Shown one piece after another: positions 57,588 to 64,000 of a stretch of 64,000 bases of DNA. The notes beneath the pieces were generated by a model. It was not told the DNA's origin. It made no database searches and worked only from the letters and a program-made list of their open reading frames with translations. Position numbers and translations under genes: made by a program. Source of the DNA: Minisyncoccales bacterium (lineage in GTDB: Bacteria; Patescibacteriota; Minisyncoccia; Minisyncoccales; JBAMLS01); assembly GCA_039793445.1 (NCBI GenBank), contig JBAMLS010000001.1, positions 3,504 to 67,503 of the forward strand, read 5' to 3'. How positions within the stretch are numbered: position 1 is the first letter of the stretch; each line of letters opens with the position of its first letter.

Positions 57588-58967
57588 TTAATATATCTCT
57601 TCCCAATGTTCAATTGAAATTATAGGACTATAATTTTGTTCTGAAAAAGTCGCGCCTACTACATTTTCATCTAAATAAAGATCGAAACCATTAAATAAGC
57701 TTGATAAAGAAAATTTTCTTGCAGCTATCCCTCCTTTAACAGTAGATTTTGCCAAAAAACTACTTAAAGATAATTCATCGCCAGAATACATTAACCCCTC
57801 TACATAAAGAGCAGATATTCCTATTCCGAAATACCCCCCGCCATTAATTTTTCTTTTTGCTAAAAGCCCAGCAGGTAAATTTTGACCAGGTTTTAAAACA
57901 AAAATTTGAGAAAAACCGCATCTTAAATAAGGATAATCTTTAGTTACCCAACAATAATCTTGACCTAAATTTATATCTCTATCTGCTACTAAAACACCTG
58001 GCATTTTTACAACTTGTTCCGCTCTGATATTAATATCGCCTTTTACATAAACAATACTTGAAGTTGGAAATAAAATTTCAGGATAATGTTGCCACAACAT
58101 TTTTTCAAATTCCTCTTGGGTAAAAATACAATTTGTTTTTCCATCTTGTCTTATTTGAGAACAGTCGCTTAAAGAGGCTCTTTGATAATAAGAACTTGAA
58201 GAAGTGGAATCAAAATCTAATAAAGGCATAGGAATTTTTTGAGGAGGACAATCTGAAGCAGTATTACAATTTGCCTGGCAGATATTATTAGAACAAACCG
58301 CAAAAGCAGAAATTTGTGAACCAGATAAAATATTTATATTATTGTTCGCTAAAACTTTCTTTTCTACGTTTAAATTTGTAAAATTCTTAAGAATAATATT
58401 ATTATTTGAAAATAAAGATCCGCCATAAATATTTAAAGGATATACTCCAGAAATTATTATGTCTTCAGAGGGGCCACCGGTAAATAAAGTAAAATCTTTT
58501 AAAGGGCTGCCTATTGGTTTAAAAACGGTCATTTCAATAATTCTTTGTGATTTTAAATTAGGATCTTCTAAAACAGAAGTTACAGTAATTTTTGCTTTTG
58601 CGCAACCTAAATTTAATATAGAAATTTTATAATTACCATTTTCGTATAAAGCTGGGTTTCTATAATAATTTGGGATAGACCAAGAACTACAATTAGGATC
58701 AGATAAGGTTGGCAATGTTTCAAAGGCGCTTTTCCATGTAGGATCTTTTTTTAATTTAAAAATTGCTTCTTGTACACCGGCCTCAGACAAATAATAGCCT
58801 TGAACGCTTTTTTCATAAACATTAGCCATTTTAGAACCTGTAATAGAAAAAGAGATAAAATAAACGCCAATAAATAATAAAATTGTAAGAAAAATCAAAG
58901 CAAAGTCTAAAATTACCCCTCTTGAATATTTCTTTCTATTGTTGTTTTTTTTAAAAAAATCTGGCAT
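57588..58967 (-). CDS. PilX-like minor pilin with large Cys-rich C-terminal domain
   Basis: RG|VIL hydrophobic N-terminus, YYLSEAGVQEAI PilX-type motif, C-terminal W.E; multiple Cys. Confidence 0.68.
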   Translation of the reverse strand: MPDFFKKNNNRKKYSRGVILDFALIFLTILLFIGVYFISFSITGSKMANVYEKSVQGYYLSEAGVQEAIFKLKKDPTWKSAFETLPTLSDPNCSSWSIPNYYRNPALYENGNYKISILNLGCAKAKITVTSVLEDPNLKSQRIIEMTVFKPIGSPLKDFTLFTGGPSEDIIISGVYPLNIYGGSLFSNNNIILKNFTNLNVEKKVLANNNINILSGSQISAFAVCSNNICQANCNTASDCPPQKIPMPLLDFDSTSSSSYYQRASLSDCSQIRQDGKTNCIFTQEEFEKMLWQHYPEILFPTSSIVYVKGDINIRAEQVVKMPGVLVADRDINLGQDYCWVTKDYPYLRCGFSQIFVLKPGQNLPAGLLAKRKINGGGYFGIGISALYVEGLMYSGDELSLSSFLAKSTVKGGIAARKFSLSSLFNGFDLYLDENVVGATFSEQNYSPIISIEHWEEIY

Positions 58968-59083
58968 AAAATTTTCAAAAATTTTAAACTAATTTTTTAT
59001 TCCATATAAAAAAGTTTTGGTTAGAATTGTTTTATGTATTTTTAAAACTGGGTGTCTAAAAAATTTTTTATTTTCCATTTTTT

Positions 59084-59695
59084 TTATAAATTTCTGGCAA
59101 AAATAGCGGTTTTTAAATCAATTTTCTCATCCACTTTTTTAAGAGAAAGAAGTATATGTATTAAACTATCACCCCAAAAACTTATATTTTCTACATATTC
59201 TCCAACTGTTTTTTCTTCTAAAACACAGGGTTTGGGCAAAATAAGATTTCCGTTTTCTTCTTTTTTATCATTCCATTTAAAATAACTTTGACACACATTA
59301 CAATCTTCAAAACAATAAACTAAATATTGTCTTCTTATTTCTTTTGTAGAACTAACAAAATAGTATCTAACATAATAATAATTAGCGCCTAAATTTTGAT
59401 AAGGAGAAGGATAGTGTCCATCTTCAAATTCTATTTCAGAAGGTGGAGGGAAATTTTCGTTATCTTTTATTTGAGGTAATGGAGTAACAATTTCTTTTGC
59501 CTGTCTTAATTCTCTTGATAGCCTTTCTAAAATAATTCTTCCATTTTGTAAAATTTCTGCCCTATTTTCTCCTTTTAAATATAGTTTTTGGCCTGCTAAA
59601 TATAATTCTAAAAGAGCAATAAAAACTAAAGAAAACATTAAAATAACTACTAAAGATTCGGCTATTGTAAAACCTTTTGATTTTATTATTTCCAT
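59084..59695 (-). CDS. Minor pilin (PilW-like)
   Basis: KG|FTIAESLVVI prepilin motif; R.ILERLSRELRQA; terminal ARN. Confidence 0.8.
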   Translation of the reverse strand: MEIIKSKGFTIAESLVVILMFSLVFIALLELYLAGQKLYLKGENRAEILQNGRIILERLSRELRQAKEIVTPLPQIKDNENFPPPSEIEFEDGHYPSPYQNLGANYYYVRYYFVSSTKEIRRQYLVYCFEDCNVCQSYFKWNDKKEENGNLILPKPCVLEEKTVGEYVENISFWGDSLIHILLSLKKVDEKIDLKTAIFARNL

Positions 59696-59699
59696 AAAA

Positions 59700-60104
59700 T
59701 TATCTATCGGTAATTAAACTTTTGATTTCAGTTATTTTTCTCATTTTAAAAGGTGTATTATAAAAAACTGTTATTTCAATTTTTTTTAAACCTTTGTCTT
59801 GTGAAATTTCAGAGAAATTTTCATCAATAAAAGTAATTCTTGTTTGGCGTGAAAATTTCTCAAAAGGAAATTCTAATGAACTTTCTGTCGTTGTACCAAT
59901 TGAAACATCTTTATATGATTTAGAAAAAAGTTCTTCCATTTTTTCTGAAGCTAAAAAAATGCTTTGAGTTTTAATTTTATTATTTTCTTCTAAATTTAAA
60001 GCGACTGGAAAAATATAAATCACAAAAACAATTCCCAAAGTTAAAACCGAAATAGCAATCAATGTTTCTAAAATAGTAAAGCCAAAATTGTTTCTTTTTA
60101 ACAT
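59700..60104 (-). CDS. Minor pilin (PilV-like)
   Basis: FG|FTILETLIAI; LASEKMEE. Confidence 0.8.
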   Translation of the reverse strand: MLKRNNFGFTILETLIAISVLTLGIVFVIYIFPVALNLEENNKIKTQSIFLASEKMEELFSKSYKDVSIGTTTESSLEFPFEKFSRQTRITFIDENFSEISQDKGLKKIEITVFYNTPFKMRKITEIKSLITDR

Positions 60105-60106
60105 TT

Positions 60107-60538
60107 TTATTTTAAAATTTTAGAAAAACCAGAAGGCGTAACCAGTATTTTCATTTGTTTTCCTGTTTTTCCCTCTAAAATTATATCTCCACTATCTTTA
60201 ACAGCGCCATATATATTAAATATAACTTTTTGTTCTGGAAAATTAATCTCAGTAAAATTTATTTCTGTAGGGAGTTTTTTTGTTATAATTTCTTTAATAG
60301 GCGTTTCCTCTTTTAAGATTGTATAACTTGAAGTTGAGGTAGAAAAAACTACACTAAAATTAGCTTGCTCTGATAAAGCTAATTCTTGGGCATATCTTAA
60401 ATCAGTCAAAAGATCTCTTACCGACGATTCAAGTTTTAAAGTAGAAAAAACTTTCAAAATAGCAGCAAAAGAAATAGAACCTAAAATTATAATTAAAAAA
60501 ATAGAAATCATTAACTCAAAAGTTGTAAAGCCATGCAT
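60107..60538 (-). CDS. Minor pilin (FimT/GspH-like)
   Basis: HG|FTTFELMISI; DLRYAQELA; F...G and TPSG motifs. Confidence 0.8.
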   Translation of the reverse strand: MHGFTTFELMISIFLIIILGSISFAAILKVFSTLKLESSVRDLLTDLRYAQELALSEQANFSVVFSTSTSSYTILKEETPIKEIITKKLPTEINFTEINFPEQKVIFNIYGAVKDSGDIILEGKTGKQMKILVTPSGFSKILK

Positions 60539-60544
60539 AAAATT

Positions 60545-61774
60545 TTATTTAATCCCTTTTAAAATAGAAAACATAGGCTGTAACATTGAAATAGCAAAAA
60601 ATCCTACAGCAGCGCCTATAATTAAAATTAAAGCAGGTTCAATGATACTTGATAATCTTTTTGTTTTTCTTGTAACTTCAACTTCATAAAAATCTGCGAG
60701 CTTTGCTAAAATAGATGGCATTTCACCACTTTCTTCTCCTACTTCCATCATTTGACTAACTAATGGATAAAATAAATTTTCGTAATTTTTAATTGCTTTT
60801 GAAAGCTTTCCCCCCTTTTGCACATCTTTAATTGCTTCTTTAAAAACTTCTTTATAATATATATTTCCCATTGCTTCTGAAATAATTTCTAAAGATCTTA
60901 AAATTGCCACCCCAGAACCCAAAAGTGTACTAAGCATTCTTAATGCCACGGCTATATTTGTTTCTTTGGAAATACTAGAAAAAATTGGCAGCTTTAATAA
61001 AAATAAATCACGAGCTTTTTTACCGGATTGACTTTTAAATAAAAAATAAAAAATAAAAAATAAAATAATTATAAAAATTAAAAATATTTTCCAATGAGAA
61101 ACAGCAAACATTGTTCCATTTAAAATAAGTTTTGTAGTAAAAGGTAGGGGTACATTTAATTCTGAAAAGGCGATTTGTATTTTTGGAACAATAAAAAAAA
61201 TCATAAAAATTCCAATGCCAATTAAAGTGCTTAAAATAATAAGTGGATAAATCATTGCAGATTTTACATCAGATAAAAGAGTGTATTCTCTTTCCATTTG
61301 GTCTGCCAAATTATTTAAAACCCCTTCAAGATTGCCTGTTTCCTCGCCTATTTTTATTGTTTCAGAATAAAATGGCGGAAAAATATCTTTAAAATCTGCC
61401 AAAGATTGAGAAAAAGTACCGCCTCTAATAATTTTTTTACTTATCTCATTTAAGGCGTATTTAAATTTTTTGTTTTTAACTTGTTTACTTAAAATCAAAA
61501 TTGCCTTTGAAAATGAAATACCACTAGATATCATTACAGCTAAATTTCTGGAAAAGAAAATTTTTTCGGTAATTGGCACTTTAGAAAATTTATCAAAAAA
61601 ACTAAGTTTTATTTCTTTTTCTTCTTTTTGGCTTTCTGTTAATTCAGAAGCTTCGACAAGAAAATAACCTCGTTCCTGCAATTTTTTTGAAAGAGTTTGA
61701 ATATCTTTTGTCAATAAAGTTCCTTTCTCTTCTTGCCCTTTTAAATTTTTAGCGGTATAAAAATATTCTGGCAT
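60545..61774 (-). CDS. pilC: Type IV pilus platform protein PilC (T2SS F family)
   Basis: FFSRNLAVMISSG, GEETGNL, AMIYP, GEESG, IEP motifs. Confidence 0.93.
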   Translation of the reverse strand: MPEYFYTAKNLKGQEEKGTLLTKDIQTLSKKLQERGYFLVEASELTESQKEEKEIKLSFFDKFSKVPITEKIFFSRNLAVMISSGISFSKAILILSKQVKNKKFKYALNEISKKIIRGGTFSQSLADFKDIFPPFYSETIKIGEETGNLEGVLNNLADQMEREYTLLSDVKSAMIYPLIILSTLIGIGIFMIFFIVPKIQIAFSELNVPLPFTTKLILNGTMFAVSHWKIFLIFIIILFFIFYFLFKSQSGKKARDLFLLKLPIFSSISKETNIAVALRMLSTLLGSGVAILRSLEIISEAMGNIYYKEVFKEAIKDVQKGGKLSKAIKNYENLFYPLVSQMMEVGEESGEMPSILAKLADFYEVEVTRKTKRLSSIIEPALILIIGAAVGFFAISMLQPMFSILKGIK

Positions 61775-61775
61775 A

Positions 61776-63518
61776 TTATTCTGAAATTACTCTTAAAACT
61801 TCTTCAATAGAAGTAATACCTCTAGCAGCTTTTAGAAAACCATCTTCTACCATCAAAATCATACCTTCTTTAATTGCTTGTTCTTGAATTACATCAGAAG
61901 ATGCTCTTTTTAAAATTAATTCTTTTATTGTCTCACTAATTTTTAAAACTTCATATATCCCTATTCTTCCTTTGTAACCTTCTTCTTTGTCCTTTGGTCT
62001 AAAAAAATTAAGAGATTCAATAGTTTGATTCCTTTTTAAAATATTTTCTTTTCGCAATATCTCTTCTATTCTTTTTAAATCACATAATTTTGAAATATTA
62101 TCAATTTCACTTTTTGATAATCGATGTTTTTCTTTAAAATCTGGATTTAATCTTCTCACTAACCTTTGAGCAATAATTAAATCTAAAGTAGAAGCCAATA
62201 AAAATGGTTCGCATTTCATATCTAATAATCTTGGAATAGCGCCAGCAGCCGAATTTGTATGCAAGGTAGATAACACTAAATGGCCAGTTAAGGCTGCATT
62301 TACAGCAAGGGAAGCGGTTTCTTCGTCTCTTATTTCTCCTATCATAATAATATCAGGATCTTGACGCAAGAGTGATCTTAAACAATTTGCAAAAGTTAAA
62401 CCAATTTTAGGATTAATTTGGGTTTGATTAATTCTTGGAATTTGATATTCAATTGGGTCTTCAACAGTAGAAATATTCACCTGAGGAGTATTTAAAATTT
62501 CAAGCATAGAATAAAGCGTAGTTGTTTTGCCAGAACCAGTAGGACCTGTGGCTAATATCATTCCAGATGTTTTTCTTAATGCTAATTGTATTCTTTCTAA
62601 AGATTCTTCCCAAAAACCTAATTCCTCTAATGTAAAACCCTTAACGTTTTCTGGTAAAAGACGCATCACCACTTTTTCTCCAAAATAAACTGGTAAAATT
62701 GAAACTCTTATAGAATATTTTAAATCTGAAGTCTCAAATTTAAATCTTCCATCTTGAGGTAAACGATGTTCATCTAATTTTAAATTACTTAAAATTTTAA
62801 TTCTTGCTACAATTCCCGTAGATACAGTTAAAGGTAAACTCATCGCATCTCTTAAAACACCATCTATTCTATATCTTACCAATACCTCTTTTTCTGTAGG
62901 TTCAATATGAATATCCGAAGCTCTTTGTAAAATGGCATGTTTAATTAAAGTATCAACAATTTTAACAATTGGTAATTCTTGACCTGCTTTTTCCAGTTCT
63001 TCTTTACTTCCTTCTACTTCTTCTATTTTAACTGATTTAACTTGATCTGACTCTCCTTTAATAATAGATCCAAATTCTTTTTCTAAACTTTCTTGATATT
63101 GTCTCAAAACATTTTTTATACTTTCTTTATTGGTAAGACGAGGTAAAATTTTAAAATCACCCGCTTTTTTTATAAAATCAATTGTTTTTAAATCTTCTGG
63201 ATCTAGCATAGCAACTTCCAACACTTTTCCTTTTTTTCTAAAAGCAACTACATTATAAGTTCTGGCAATTGGTTCTGGAATTATTCTTAAAACATCAGGA
63301 GGAATAACTTCTTTCTCTAAATTAATAAAGGGAATTCCCAATATATAGGCTTTTAATTTAATTAAATTTTCATCACTAATAAAACCGCGAGATACCAATA
63401 GATCCTCAATTTTTTCATCTTTTTCTTTACTTTCTTTTAAAAGAGAGTCAAAGGTTTTTGCGTCAATTAAATCTGCGTCAACCATAAAAGCCTTTAATTG
63501 TTCCGGCTCAACAAGCAT
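61776..63518 (-). CDS. pilB: Type IV pilus assembly ATPase PilB (GspE family)
   Basis: ASDIHIEP, RLPQDGR, GPTGSGKTTT, EDPIE, LRQDPD, GHLVLSTLH. Confidence 0.94.
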   Translation of the reverse strand: MLVEPEQLKAFMVDADLIDAKTFDSLLKESKEKDEKIEDLLVSRGFISDENLIKLKAYILGIPFINLEKEVIPPDVLRIIPEPIARTYNVVAFRKKGKVLEVAMLDPEDLKTIDFIKKAGDFKILPRLTNKESIKNVLRQYQESLEKEFGSIIKGESDQVKSVKIEEVEGSKEELEKAGQELPIVKIVDTLIKHAILQRASDIHIEPTEKEVLVRYRIDGVLRDAMSLPLTVSTGIVARIKILSNLKLDEHRLPQDGRFKFETSDLKYSIRVSILPVYFGEKVVMRLLPENVKGFTLEELGFWEESLERIQLALRKTSGMILATGPTGSGKTTTLYSMLEILNTPQVNISTVEDPIEYQIPRINQTQINPKIGLTFANCLRSLLRQDPDIIMIGEIRDEETASLAVNAALTGHLVLSTLHTNSAAGAIPRLLDMKCEPFLLASTLDLIIAQRLVRRLNPDFKEKHRLSKSEIDNISKLCDLKRIEEILRKENILKRNQTIESLNFFRPKDKEEGYKGRIGIYEVLKISETIKELILKRASSDVIQEQAIKEGMILMVEDGFLKAARGITSIEEVLRVISE

Positions 63519-63541
63519 AAATTTTTAAAAACAGATTAAAA

Positions 63542-63910
63542 CTATTTAAAGAAAGCATTTATCTTTTCAACAATTTCATGAGGAGTAAAATTTGACTTTA
63601 CAAAATAATGTAAAACATTATAACTTAATACTTTTTCAATACTTTGATTATCTTCTAAATTTGTAAGCACAATTACTGGAATATCTTTAGTTTCTTCATC
63701 TTTTTTTAATTCCTCTAACACTTCAAAACCATTCATTTTAGGTAAAATTAAATCTAAAATAATTAAATCTGGTTTTTCTCTTTTTGCCAAATTAACCCCT
63801 CCTTTTCCTTCTAAAGACGATATCACTGTGTATCCATTTGTTTGTAACATCTGAGAAAGAGTTTTTTGGAGAGAAAATTCATCTTCAATAAATAAAATTT
63901 TTTTAGACAT
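63542..63910 (-). CDS. Single-domain response regulator (receiver)
   Basis: ILFIEDE, LDLILPKMNG (phospho-Asp), VLTN, VK. Confidence 0.92.
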   Translation of the reverse strand: MSKKILFIEDEFSLQKTLSQMLQTNGYTVISSLEGKGGVNLAKREKPDLIILDLILPKMNGFEVLEELKKDEETKDIPVIVLTNLEDNQSIEKVLSYNVLHYFVKSNFTPHEIVEKINAFFK

Positions 63911-63913
63911 ATT

Positions 63914-64000
63914 TTATGAAGAAATTGGCAAAAAAAACCAAAACTTACTTCCTTTATTATATTTTGAAATAAACCCTATTTTACCGCCCATTAATTCAAC
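63914..64000 (-). CDS. Sensor histidine kinase, C-terminal end (partial)
   Basis: Hand translation ...VELMGGKIGFISKYNKGSKFWFFLPISS*, typical end of a HATPase_c domain; directly upstream of the response regulator. Confidence 0.8.
   Translation of the reverse strand, partial: VELMGGKIGFISKYNKGSKFWFFLPISS

Noticed and set aside
58989-59078. 29-codon ORF (MENKKFFRHPVLKIHKTILTKTFLYGIKN) between the PilW-like and PilX-like genes
   Set aside because: Too short, no homology or motif evidence; could be chance or an eroded N-terminal extension.
595-61667. Numerous 60-126 aa ORFs antisense to or nested in long genes (e.g. 16753-17064, 26224-26568, 47955-48335, 55489-55761)
   Set aside because: Phe/Ile/Leu/Ser-rich mirror translations of Lys/Glu-rich genes; no motifs; fully overlapped by confident CDSs.
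1-64000. Alternative genetic code (TGA=Gly, code 25), CRISPR arrays, IS elements, prophage, DGR
   Set aside because: Genes are full length under code 11 and several end in TGA (e.g. htrA); no repeat-spacer arrays, transposase, integrase, reverse transcriptase or phage genes were seen by eye.

Overview
Very AT-rich, gene-dense bacterial chromosomal segment using standard code 11 (TGA is used as stop). Gene content and style suggest a Patescibacteria/CPR (Parcubacteria-like) genome; this is an inference from the split ComEC, type IV pilus cluster, archaeal-type PyrH, short Mfd, divergent bS21 and lack of obvious Shine-Dalgarno motifs. Most of the window is housekeeping: seven aminoacyl-tRNA synthetases (His, Leu, Cys, Met, Gly, Ile, Arg), smpB-ssrA-infC-rpmI-rplT, pth, tsaC, rsmI, nrdD/nrdG, ftsA, mfd, dprA-topA-rel, recO, polX, clpB, ndk, and a histidine kinase/response regulator-pilB-pilC-minor pilin-pilMNO-ComEC(MBL) operon. 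No CRISPR array, IS or prophage was seen. The most notable oddities are: a tRNA-Leu(CAA) with the near-universal G19:C56 elbow pair reversed to C19:G56; a 474-aa Ser/Thr intein in NrdD plus a ~58% GC patch over the NrdD catalytic loop; an IleRS with a GIHH signature and a histidine-phosphatase domain inserted in its catalytic region; a glycosyltransferase-like/EamA/glycoside-hydrolase operon; two pyruvoyl decarboxylases; and a Nudix-MGMT fusion next to polX. Corrections to the supplied ORF track: smpB is on the + strand, infC extends upstream from an ATT codon, and rpmI, a 55-aa membrane protein and two partial edge genes were missed.
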